In this document: positions 17,995 through 27,623 of the stretch, piece after piece | Layout of the letters: each line of letters opens with the position of its first letter | Position numbering within the stretch: position 1 is the first letter of the stretch | IMG/VR virus record: IMGVR_UViG_3300033067_002020 | Span: 11,311 to 75,310 of that record | Length of the DNA: 64,000 bases | From: a virus | Lineage: Duplodnaviria > Caudoviricetes | Strand: one strand, 5' to 3' | The notes under the pieces: generated by a model | The model's input: only the letters and a program-made list of their open reading frames with translations | The model's database searches: none | What the model was told of the DNA's origin: nothing | Program-made: the position numbers and the translations under genes

Positions 17995-20900
17995 TCAAGT
18001 TACAGAAGACAATTCAAGACTAGAAACATTTATCGGATTTTCCCTATTTTTAACATCACCATCAAAATATGGAAGCGACGAAGAACATTCAAAGTGAAGA
18101 TTTGACGAGTATGTAAATTCCGGTCTTGTCTGTTCACCTTTATAATTGACAAATCTTACGTTTACAGCTCCTGGCGTCGGTCCAGTTGACTCATAAAATT
18201 TTGTGTCGACTCTTTGTTCTAACATGTCTCTAAATTGACCAAACTTGTCATGTCTAAAGATACACTTGCTAAATTGTGCAAAGCCATTTATCAAACCATA
18301 TTTCCAACCTCTGATAACCGCACCACGATTTGCTGGAGTTCTTGGGCAAGTCGTTGTTGTGCTACCAGAATAATGCAAAATCGTTCTAGGTTGTGGAGCG
18401 TTGGTGCAACCAAAAATTCTGTTTGTCGTTGAAGGGACGACGTTATCACTACAGTTGCTTGCAATTTGTGATTCTTGTAATCTTTGTGGGTAAGTGTTTG
18501 AATCACCGAACCCATACACAAGTTTTACAATTGTGTCAGGTCTTACACCGTTTGTGACGTTATAAAAATTAGACGTTTCACCAGCCCAACGTGACGTGAG
18601 TGTATGATTTACAAGTGATCTTGCCGCGCGATATTCATCAATATTTCCTGCGTTATTATAAACTTGCAAATATCCACAACCATATGCGATTGTTTTTCTT
18701 GAGTATGTTGTATGCTCAATTTGTCTTGACACAGTAGAATACTTTGCTTCGAACGGATATGACTTTGTCCAGTGAATATTGGACGAATACATCGAGTCTT
18801 GATAGTCGTAATTTTGTGCTGACGCATCATTTGTGTTTATGTCAAAGTTAATGTAAACGACTGGTAATCCACGTGGCATTGGAAATGAACACGGCAAATA
18901 AAGGTATTGAACACCATAAACAAACGCAGAATCTGCTTTGAATATACCGTCAAGAGACGGCACCATGCTGTCGTAAAATCTTTCATGTGATGATGCTAGT
19001 TGTATAAATCTTTGAAATGAAAACTTTTCTTTCTTTACAGTGTTGTAATCGCTGTAAGAAATAACTTCGTTTTCAGTGCCTATGTTTTTATTGAAAATTT
19101 CAACATTTTGATAATACGTATTTTTATCTGTTTTGTCTGCAACAAGTTTTCTATTACCTGTCGTAATGACATTTGATGAATCAATACCAACTAAAGAACC
19201 TGTAAGATAATCAGATAAAAATGAACCAGCATGTGTTGATGTATACTCTACGTTAAAATCATCTAAAATAGGTTCTCCACCAATAATTTCATGTATTTCG
19301 TTTGTTTCTAAACGTTGATTTAACGTGTCGTGATATTCTCTCTCTTGAGAAATTAGAGATCCATATAACGTAATGTTTATCGTTCCAGTAAACATTGCGA
19401 CGTCATGCGAACCTGTCAACAACCAAGGTCCGTCAATATCGTTATTTAATGCGTAAATATTTTTTGTCGCTACTGGTCTGTGTTTAGACGCAAATAATAT
19501 TACTTTGTCATTTGGAAACAGAACATAAGGTGAATATGCACCTTGTTCGTAATTGTAAATTTTTGCGTCTCGATAAGGAGCACCATCAGGCGAACCTGTG
19601 ATCTGACCAAAAAGTCTTGTGTTGACACTTCTGATTGATGTATCTTGTGGCATCATAAATTCTCTGCCAACATATGATCTGCCAGAAGGAACGCCTGACA
19701 TATTGCGTCCAAAAGGATTCACAGCTATGATATATGAATCTTTTACTGTTCCATCGTGATCAGAAGAACTTAAAAGATCATTATACGTAATTGCACCATT
19801 TGAAACAGCTGGGATCATGTTCATTGTAACAGATCCTGTAAAAAAGCCGTTTTCGTTATCTTTTACAATACCAGCGGGTGTTGCATATGATGAAAATCCC
19901 CATACAAATCGGTTCCAATCACCTACTTGAGGATGTTTTTCTATCACTTGAAATGATACGTTATCTTTATCTGGAATTATTGTTCCTGAAATTATGACAT
20001 CTCGCGTTCTTGTTGCGAGTTGATTCATAAGACCAATTGTTATAGCAGGCCCACCGATATCTAATGTGTCATTTGCAGTACCACTGATATAATCAAGCTT
20101 TTTAATACGTGTTTGATCTCTTGTCCACCCTGGTCCTGCCTTGATCGGCATGTCAATGACCATTTTCTCCAAAAGAAATGGTTGATTTATCAATTTTGAC
20201 ATATCGATCACTTGTGACGTTGAAGGTTCAAAATTTGCATTCAACGTAACATTTGAAGGATCTGATAATAACAAGCTTGCTTCTAAAATGTTATTTTTAA
20301 CATACTTTGGAGCGTGAGAAGTAAAAACATCAGTATACAGGTTCGGCAATAATGAACCACTGATTACATTATTGCCGAACGCGCCAAATAATTTAGCATC
20401 AGCAAAGACATCAATGCATCGTGTCAAACCATCGTCTTCTGAAAATGAGACAGATTTTCTACCTTTTCCAATAGGAGGCTCAAGATCACCAACCTGTTCC
20501 CATTTTTGACGTTTTGAATTGTAATACATCAAACTAGCTGTTGTTGCATTCCAGGTAGTGATGCTACGAACCGGTAATGACAAACGAATTTGTGTTTTGC
20601 TGCCTAAATTTGAACTGAATCCAAATCCAACGTTTCCTACGTCACTTCCCGTTGCATAAAATGCTGAAGTTTTATCAAGATTTTGTTCAAAAAGCTTATT
20701 TTCACTAAATGGAACAAACTTTTCTGTGTTTGTTGATGCAACAATCCAATTTTCTATGGCATTTTTTGATACGCTTGATGTTATTTGAATGTCACTAGAC
20801 ATTCCTGTCTTTAGAAAGCGACTTGCGACTGGTAACGTTGTTGGAAATGACACGACGCTCGATGTTATAAACATCACAACATCAGTATCATCAAAAAATA

Positions 20901-21021
20901 TATTATTGTTACCTTTTCGACCACGATCACCAGTTCTAGCAATCGTTGGATAACTTCCTGCAAGTCTATCTTGCTTTCGTAGTTCTAGCTTTGGTAATAC
21001 ATGTCGTATTTTAGATGCCAT
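17995..21021 (-). CDS. large hypothetical virion (baseplate/tail) protein
   Basis: 1008 aa ORF within the structural run. Confidence 0.6.
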   Translation of the reverse strand: MASKIRHVLPKLELRKQDRLAGSYPTIARTGDRGRKGNNNIFFDDTDVVMFITSSVVSFPTTLPVASRFLKTGMSSDIQITSSVSKNAIENWIVASTNTEKFVPFSENKLFEQNLDKTSAFYATGSDVGNVGFGFSSNLGSKTQIRLSLPVRSITTWNATTASLMYYNSKRQKWEQVGDLEPPIGKGRKSVSFSEDDGLTRCIDVFADAKLFGAFGNNVISGSLLPNLYTDVFTSHAPKYVKNNILEASLLLSDPSNVTLNANFEPSTSQVIDMSKLINQPFLLEKMVIDMPIKAGPGWTRDQTRIKKLDYISGTANDTLDIGGPAITIGLMNQLATRTRDVIISGTIIPDKDNVSFQVIEKHPQVGDWNRFVWGFSSYATPAGIVKDNENGFFTGSVTMNMIPAVSNGAITYNDLLSSSDHDGTVKDSYIIAVNPFGRNMSGVPSGRSYVGREFMMPQDTSIRSVNTRLFGQITGSPDGAPYRDAKIYNYEQGAYSPYVLFPNDKVILFASKHRPVATKNIYALNNDIDGPWLLTGSHDVAMFTGTINITLYGSLISQEREYHDTLNQRLETNEIHEIIGGEPILDDFNVEYTSTHAGSFLSDYLTGSLVGIDSSNVITTGNRKLVADKTDKNTYYQNVEIFNKNIGTENEVISYSDYNTVKKEKFSFQRFIQLASSHERFYDSMVPSLDGIFKADSAFVYGVQYLYLPCSFPMPRGLPVVYINFDINTNDASAQNYDYQDSMYSSNIHWTKSYPFEAKYSTVSRQIEHTTYSRKTIAYGCGYLQVYNNAGNIDEYRAARSLVNHTLTSRWAGETSNFYNVTNGVRPDTIVKLVYGFGDSNTYPQRLQESQIASNCSDNVVPSTTNRIFGCTNAPQPRTILHYSGSTTTTCPRTPANRGAVIRGWKYGLINGFAQFSKCIFRHDKFGQFRDMLEQRVDTKFYESTGPTPGAVNVRFVNYKGEQTRPEFTYSSNLHFECSSSLPYFDGDVKNRENPINVSSLELSSVT

Positions 21022-21043
21022 ATTGTTTGTATTGTATTACATA

Positions 21044-22630
21044 TCACGTAAGTGAATATTTCAAAGATGCATATTTCTTGTATGAATCACGTTCATCAGA
21101 ATCAAAAGACGTATTTGTGATTCCATACTCGGCAATGTTTCCATAAAAAGGATATACTGGATCGTTTAAGTGCAAATAACGATTTGAATTTACTATCAAG
21201 CCCGTTGCCGCCGTTGAAATCTCTGATTCTCTATTTTTTGAAATTGTCAGTCTTCCATTTTCAAGTCTACACTCAATTAACATCCATGTGTCAAGAGAAA
21301 TTGCGACTTCAACAGTTGTTAAGACAGCTGATGCGTTTACGTACCATAATTGAAGTTTATTTCCACCACTTGTAGATGCTGATAATCCTACCATTTGAGA
21401 ACTGTAAAATCCAACATCTCCCCAAATTCTATCGTTTATTCTTGGATCTGAATTTGACGTTGTTATTTGTGTAATTTTCAATACGATGTATACATCAAAA
21501 AAACTACGAGACGTTATTGACAATATTCCGTTACTAGAGTAAAGCACACCTGGTGTTGAAGCATCAAATCGTATACTTTGATTTTCGTTTATTGTTTCAC
21601 CTTCACTTGGCGCACCGTAATTTCCAATTTTATAATCAAACTTATATCCAGACAAATCAAGCCAGCGACTGACGCTTCTTGGGTTTGCTGAATCAGAATA
21701 AATCGTTGATTCTCTGTACCAACCAACCCACGGTAAAACTGTCGGATCGAAAGAAAACACAGTCGAATCATATCTTTCAAACGTTTCAACGATTCGCTCT
21801 GACAACGTTCCTGATCTGTACGTTAGATTTCCATATGCAATTGAATCGGATCTTGGTGAACCAATGACATTTTCGTAATCAGTACCAACAACACTTCTTG
21901 TGTAATTTTTTGGTAAATAATTGTCAGTTGCTGGCGTCATATTTGTCAACGTTCCAACAATAGATTCAGACATTTTTTCACTAACAATCACGCCAGACTT
22001 GATTTGTTCATCTTCGTAAGGTGAAATAACTTTGGATGTGTTGGGAAAATACCCTAAATTTATAGGTGAACCGTTGAAGTTATCAATATTATCTTCAAAT
22101 AGATGAATGCCTCTTGTCACATCTGAGTTCTTTTGAACATCAACAACCCTGTCTGAGTTTATGTAACTGTTGTAGTTACCAGACTCTAAGTTGCCTTTAA
22201 CTGAATGTGCTTCAAACGGTGCATCAATTGATGAAAACATCGCAACGTGTCTAATGGCAAAAGGTTCAACAATTCCATCAAGTACATTTGCTGCTTTCAA
22301 TATTGAATGTTGAAAAACAATAGGATACGTCAATCCAGATTTTTTTGTGCCACTTTTTCCTTCAATGTACGTCAAAGGATTGAAATAATCAACATCAACA
22401 AACAATTTTTGTTCAATTATTTCATCAGATTGTTCACCAAATTGTGTCTGAGGCAACGTATGTCGTGGATAACCAGCATGAATTTTAACAAGTCCTAGAC
22501 AATGAAACTTGTCTTCTGTTAGTTCGATTCCTTGTCTAAAAGGATCTATGAATTTTGTGTTAATGCTTCCAGATTTTGTCAGATGAATCTTGGGACCAAG
22601 AGGTCCTTCACTAAATGGCGCAAAACTCAT
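21044..22630 (-). CDS. hypothetical virion protein with C-terminal lectin/LamG-like domain
   Basis: SRWLDLSG...FYGNIAEYGI pattern typical of concanavalin-like modules. Confidence 0.55.
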   Translation of the reverse strand: MSFAPFSEGPLGPKIHLTKSGSINTKFIDPFRQGIELTEDKFHCLGLVKIHAGYPRHTLPQTQFGEQSDEIIEQKLFVDVDYFNPLTYIEGKSGTKKSGLTYPIVFQHSILKAANVLDGIVEPFAIRHVAMFSSIDAPFEAHSVKGNLESGNYNSYINSDRVVDVQKNSDVTRGIHLFEDNIDNFNGSPINLGYFPNTSKVISPYEDEQIKSGVIVSEKMSESIVGTLTNMTPATDNYLPKNYTRSVVGTDYENVIGSPRSDSIAYGNLTYRSGTLSERIVETFERYDSTVFSFDPTVLPWVGWYRESTIYSDSANPRSVSRWLDLSGYKFDYKIGNYGAPSEGETINENQSIRFDASTPGVLYSSNGILSITSRSFFDVYIVLKITQITTSNSDPRINDRIWGDVGFYSSQMVGLSASTSGGNKLQLWYVNASAVLTTVEVAISLDTWMLIECRLENGRLTISKNRESEISTAATGLIVNSNRYLHLNDPVYPFYGNIAEYGITNTSFDSDERDSYKKYASLKYSLT

Positions 22631-22645
22631 AATATGTTCTTTCTA

Positions 22646-25600
22646 TTAGTAACGCACACAAGTTCCCACAATTTGTTGAACTAGCAAAGTGTCTCTTTGA
22701 TGATGTCTGTCACTTTCAACTAAGTAAATGTCAGAATAATTGTGTTCAAATTTCGGTCTTTCTAACATATGTGATTCAATCACAAAGTTTGTTCCATAAA
22801 ACTTTGTCTTGCGTGGAATCAATTGTTCGATAAACCCGCCTATAGAAGTATCAAACCATCTAAAAAAGTCAAAAAACGATTTTATGTTGATTTTATCAGT
22901 AAGACGTTTGAAATAAATTTCACGTAACGTTTCTAACGTTGGATAATCTTGAGAAAACACAAGTTCTGGATTTCCCAATGCATTTTCTAATGAATCTAGA
23001 GTTGAAAATATCAATATGATATCTCTGTTTAACGCATCAATTATTGAAAATTCAATTGCAAATCTAGTATCATCCGTTGGCGCTTCACTAGGTCTAATTT
23101 GATAGACAGGTGCTATTTCAGCCCATGGTGTGTCTTTTGCCAATTCATAATCTTGAAAGCTACGAATACGAACTTTTTCATTTGTAGCTGCTTCATCAAA
23201 TACTGGTGATATTGAATTTTGTGAAAATGATGAATTTTTAAAGACGTTTGTGTTTGAGACGAAACTTCCAGAAAAATGACAATTATTTTGAGAAAAATCA
23301 AATATTTTCAAAAATCCATTTGAATCAGTGATTAATTCTTGTTGATCCATTGACAGATCACATCTCAATCTTTCCCATGAACCAGATCTGACAGTTTCAA
23401 AATTGAAATTCTTTGTCGGATCGTTGACACCGAGTGATTGAAAGTTTCGAATGTGTTCTTTGATTTCTGTTATTGAAAGATCTTTTGTCCAAAATCTCAC
23501 CTTTGAAACTTGACCATTGAAATTTGTTGTTCTAGAAGTCAATGATGTATTTGCAGAATTCAAAAACGAGCCAGTAGAGATTGAAAGTGATGAGCTACCA
23601 ATTTTAAGTGTTGGTCCAAAAACGTTATCATTTGTAACATTTTGTAAGACGTTATGAGAAACGTCAACATTACCTGTTTCATTCCAAAAAGATTGAACAG
23701 ACGTTATGTTTGTGATCTCTCCTGCTTGTTGGTTTCCAACTGTCAAAAAATATGAAGATGAAACAGCTGAATTTATTGCATCGTTTCTGGTCCTACCAAC
23801 TATGACATTCCAAGGCTTACCATCAAAAACGTCAACTGAATCAATGCTTAATTCTAGTGGAGAAACGTTTGGTTGATTACAAACACCAAAGTATGCTTTG
23901 ATTCCAACTGAAGAACCTGTTGTGGCAACAACATTCATAACAAGATTGTCAACGTTATTTGAATTTTTGACAAACATCTGAACAAGACTTTGTGTCAAAC
24001 CTGACAATTGCCTACCCACTGGAAATCTGTAAATCGCTTCGTACGTCCAAGAACCACTAGTGTAGAGACCGTCCGAACGGTTGTTAGAAATTCCATGATA
24101 ATTTGTGGATATTCCCTTATTGAATTGCCCAGAAGGCGCAGGAAAGCCCACCTCGGCCCTTGATGAGCTCAAATATGGTGAAGTTAGTTTTCCATTTCCA
24201 ACAAAGTCAAGAAACCGTCCTGAAACAAGTCTTGATTCTCGAGCATGTTCAAGTTGACGTTTTGTTGGACCGCCAAATTCTCTGATACGAAAACTATTGT
24301 CTGGATCAATACCAACAGTTCTCATGAATGCTTTTACGCTATGTTGTGTTCCTTTAGATTTCACAATTTCAGTTATGTTTGTCAACACTCGTCTCATAAT
24401 TTGATTTTGAACAAATTGTAAAGACTGTTCGTCAGAACTAATCACAGGTTGAATGTTTTCACCATCAATATATTGTTCAATTGATGAATCTAAGAAAAAT
24501 GGAGGAGCATCAAATCCAAATTGTTTCATCAAAACAGGCAAAAAATGATCTGGAATTGATTTCTTTGCGTTGTAATCAACGAAATTCAAATCACTAAAAG
24601 CATCAATGTAAAGTTTTAGTTCATCAAAAAATTTTGCCCAAACATACAAGAACGATAACATCAATTGTGTTGTTCCGAGTTTTCCATCTTCAGTAATTTC
24701 CCTGTTGATGGTTCCATTATCACTGTCAAGACCTTCGTATTGACGGCCATCGACGAAATAATGTGAAGGAATCAATCTTGTTATGAGATTGGGATTTGCT
24801 TGATCATAAACTGATGCACTATGTAATAGTTTTGAGTTTAACGCATATACTTCGTCAAATCCAGGAAACAAAACAGGACATAACGATTGTTTTTCTAACG
24901 TCAGTGGATTTTCTAAAATAGTTCCACGTAATGATGGATCATATGACTGTTCAGAAATATATGAATGTAAAGAATTTCCAGAACTATCCAAAACTATGCG
25001 ATTTATTGAATCGTTTTCATCTGATGAAAACCAACCATTCGGTTCATTGAACTTGTAATACAGTTTTAGTTCAGGAATAGAGTAAATAGATTTTTTTGCA
25101 AACGTATTTATCTGTTCAATCGTTCTTGCTTTATGAAAAAACCTAAATTCATCAAGAGCTCCAGATAACGTTTGTGTTGGTGTGAGTGTTGATCCGTTGA
25201 CAGTAAGTTGACTGCCACTTCCAATGTAGAAAGTAGTTGCCTCAATTCCCAATAGACCGAAATTTATCGATTTTTCAGTCTCTGACAGAACGTTTCCATT
25301 AACAATGATTGATGACTTGTTTTTTGCATTTTTCTTATCATGAACCAAACACACATGATTGAACTTTCCCTTGTCAAGGGTTGCTGAAGTTATTAAACTG
25401 ACGCTGCCAGAGACAATTGCAAATGCTATTTCACAATTATTTACATTTGATGTTGGTTTGATAAACGATGAAAATCCATGTGTTGGATCTGATAATTTTT
25501 GACAAATAACTTGCATTGAATTTGCTTTATCAGCCAAAAACAAATGCATTTCTATAGTGAACGAACCTAACGTTGGATCCAGAACAGATTTTCCTGATTT

Positions 25601-26077
25601 GTTTTTTGACAACGTTTGAACGGGACCACCTGCATAATCAGTCACTGAAATAAACGTTCCTAACGTTCCGTTGGTATCTTCGTTAGGTTGCGTTCCAGAA
25701 AACAAAAGAAATCCAGAATTTTTTGGAAATTGATCATACACCCATTTTTCAAATCCGGTCAAACGTTCAAAAAATAGTTCGTGTTCTTTTCTTGTTCCAT
25801 CAAACGGGAAATTATTGATGATTTGATCAAACACAACATTGACGTTTACTTCTGCAGAATTAAAAAACGTATGATTTTCAAATTTTGACCAATCAACATT
25901 TAGTTGTTGTGTTGATTTAAGACCAAGTGCTGGTGGATCATAAAAAAATGATGACGAGCTTTGAACGTTTGTGTCAACTCGATCTTGACCCGTCATTTGA
26001 ACGAGTCGATTAGCCTCCAACAACGATTTAATGCTTTTACCTGGAACGTAGGTAGGCTTTAGCGAGTTATTGTTCAT
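22646..26077 (-). CDS. baseplate/tail protein with two LamG (concanavalin A-like) domains
   Basis: FTIEMHL...FNHVCLV...SGALDEFRFF...LYYKFNE; second FNGQVSKVRFW; KSKGTQHSVKAFMRTVG tail-protein-I-like segment. Confidence 0.7.
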   Translation of the reverse strand: MNNNSLKPTYVPGKSIKSLLEANRLVQMTGQDRVDTNVQSSSSFFYDPPALGLKSTQQLNVDWSKFENHTFFNSAEVNVNVVFDQIINNFPFDGTRKEHELFFERLTGFEKWVYDQFPKNSGFLLFSGTQPNEDTNGTLGTFISVTDYAGGPVQTLSKNKSGKSVLDPTLGSFTIEMHLFLADKANSMQVICQKLSDPTHGFSSFIKPTSNVNNCEIAFAIVSGSVSLITSATLDKGKFNHVCLVHDKKNAKNKSSIIVNGNVLSETEKSINFGLLGIEATTFYIGSGSQLTVNGSTLTPTQTLSGALDEFRFFHKARTIEQINTFAKKSIYSIPELKLYYKFNEPNGWFSSDENDSINRIVLDSSGNSLHSYISEQSYDPSLRGTILENPLTLEKQSLCPVLFPGFDEVYALNSKLLHSASVYDQANPNLITRLIPSHYFVDGRQYEGLDSDNGTINREITEDGKLGTTQLMLSFLYVWAKFFDELKLYIDAFSDLNFVDYNAKKSIPDHFLPVLMKQFGFDAPPFFLDSSIEQYIDGENIQPVISSDEQSLQFVQNQIMRRVLTNITEIVKSKGTQHSVKAFMRTVGIDPDNSFRIREFGGPTKRQLEHARESRLVSGRFLDFVGNGKLTSPYLSSSRAEVGFPAPSGQFNKGISTNYHGISNNRSDGLYTSGSWTYEAIYRFPVGRQLSGLTQSLVQMFVKNSNNVDNLVMNVVATTGSSVGIKAYFGVCNQPNVSPLELSIDSVDVFDGKPWNVIVGRTRNDAINSAVSSSYFLTVGNQQAGEITNITSVQSFWNETGNVDVSHNVLQNVTNDNVFGPTLKIGSSSLSISTGSFLNSANTSLTSRTTNFNGQVSKVRFWTKDLSITEIKEHIRNFQSLGVNDPTKNFNFETVRSGSWERLRCDLSMDQQELITDSNGFLKIFDFSQNNCHFSGSFVSNTNVFKNSSFSQNSISPVFDEAATNEKVRIRSFQDYELAKDTPWAEIAPVYQIRPSEAPTDDTRFAIEFSIIDALNRDIILIFSTLDSLENALGNPELVFSQDYPTLETLREIYFKRLTDKINIKSFFDFFRWFDTSIGGFIEQLIPRKTKFYGTNFVIESHMLERPKFEHNYSDIYLVESDRHHQRDTLLVQQIVGTCVRY

Positions 26078-26084
26078 GTAATTC

Positions 26085-26090
26085 TAAGTA
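26085..26090 (-). promoter_or_regulatory. candidate late promoter, TANTTA type
   Basis: ATACTTA 7 nt upstream of the LamG baseplate gene ATG. Confidence 0.45.
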
Positions 26091-26099
26091 TCGATAGTA

Positions 26100-27620
26100 C
26101 TATATCTCAACGACTTTGAATATAGGAGATGCATCACGATAAATCTGACGATTGCCATTTTCAATTACGAGAATATCAATAACATATGTTCTGCCAGGAA
26201 CTAACGATTCGCACCATAGGTTAAAATACATTGTTTTTTGATTGTTTGACAACTTTGTAGAATTGTATAACTCATCAAAAGGTATTACTGTTTTGTTTGT
26301 TATTGCATCTCTTACTGAGTAATAAACATTTTCTAATATTACACTCGGTGTTTCAAATGGTGTTTTTGACATCTTGACATATGCTTGCGAATTGTCAAAA
26401 ATGTAAACATTCAATTTTGCAACATCAGTGTTCAGGTATTCGCTAAACAAGTTTGTTATGTTAACAAAATATTGTTTTGAATATGATGCAACGTTTGTTG
26501 GATAGACAGTTAGCGACCCACTTTGATACGATACAGTTCCATCAAATGACGACCAGATTTTATCAAATTTTACCGATCCAGATTGGATCAACTTTGTTGA
26601 ATAAAATTGATCTGTTGAATCAAGCGTAAATTTTGCAAAATAAGTGCCAGTGACGTATTGATTTCCGATCTTATATTGTGATGCAGTGACGTAATTTTCG
26701 TAATTAATAAATCCAGCTGACGTTGAAACTGGCGTCACTAACTTAAGCAACATACAATTGTCACCCATAATTTCAGTGCGAGCGCTACCAGATAAGACGT
26801 TAGTGAGATTACCTCTGACGGAATTATGCATGAATATCGAACCAGGATAGTCAAAAACAAAGTTCAAATCATTGCTTGTGATTGCGTCATCATATCGAAC
26901 AATTAATTTCGGTCTAGAATATGGATCGCTTGCTTGACTTGACCCGAATCGTTTTACAAAACGTGTTTTTTGATCTTGTTCTTGCGATTCAGTGAAGGAC
27001 ACCCTAAAACCGTTATCTGGTAAAATTCCACACAAAGTTGATGATACAATATGTGTTACATTCACATCTAAATTTTCTGTGCCATTCTTGAAGCTTTGAA
27101 TGGCATTAAAATTGAGTCCATTTCCATTAGACGTAACTACGTCTATGTTAGAACTACCTAAAACTCCCTTTGAATTTGCGCCGCTTGCAAACCATAAATT
27201 TGTTTCACCAGCGGCGTACGATCTTGTCAAAAAATTTGCGTTATCTGTGTCTTGATAAAACACGACATCTTGTCCAATACCTTCATCCCATGATGATGAC
27301 AATGGTAACACTTCAATTGAAAAATCAGTTGGTGTTGTTTGACCGCCAAAGACATCAATTAGGTTTAAAGACACATTAAAGTTTTCATCATTTATGTCAA
27401 TGATCCCATTTCTAAAATCATCTTTTAACGATGTCAAATCAAATTTTATTAAAATTCTTGACAACTCATTGTTTGGATTGCTTCCAGAAGAAGTCACACC
27501 ATATAATTTAAACAAATCTAGCGTACCAGCTTGTCCAACGTTTGCATTATAAGTTCTTTTTTTTCGAATCACTCTATCGGTGATGTATGTGTCAGCGGAT
27601 GTTTTTAAGATTCTGTACAT
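26100..27620 (-). CDS. hypothetical baseplate-associated structural protein
   Basis: 506 aa between gp6-like and LamG genes; RILIKFDL...WDEGIG...RPKL. Confidence 0.6.
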   Translation of the reverse strand: MYRILKTSADTYITDRVIRKKRTYNANVGQAGTLDLFKLYGVTSSGSNPNNELSRILIKFDLTSLKDDFRNGIIDINDENFNVSLNLIDVFGGQTTPTDFSIEVLPLSSSWDEGIGQDVVFYQDTDNANFLTRSYAAGETNLWFASGANSKGVLGSSNIDVVTSNGNGLNFNAIQSFKNGTENLDVNVTHIVSSTLCGILPDNGFRVSFTESQEQDQKTRFVKRFGSSQASDPYSRPKLIVRYDDAITSNDLNFVFDYPGSIFMHNSVRGNLTNVLSGSARTEIMGDNCMLLKLVTPVSTSAGFINYENYVTASQYKIGNQYVTGTYFAKFTLDSTDQFYSTKLIQSGSVKFDKIWSSFDGTVSYQSGSLTVYPTNVASYSKQYFVNITNLFSEYLNTDVAKLNVYIFDNSQAYVKMSKTPFETPSVILENVYYSVRDAITNKTVIPFDELYNSTKLSNNQKTMYFNLWCESLVPGRTYVIDILVIENGNRQIYRDASPIFKVVEI

Positions 27621-27623
27621 GTA

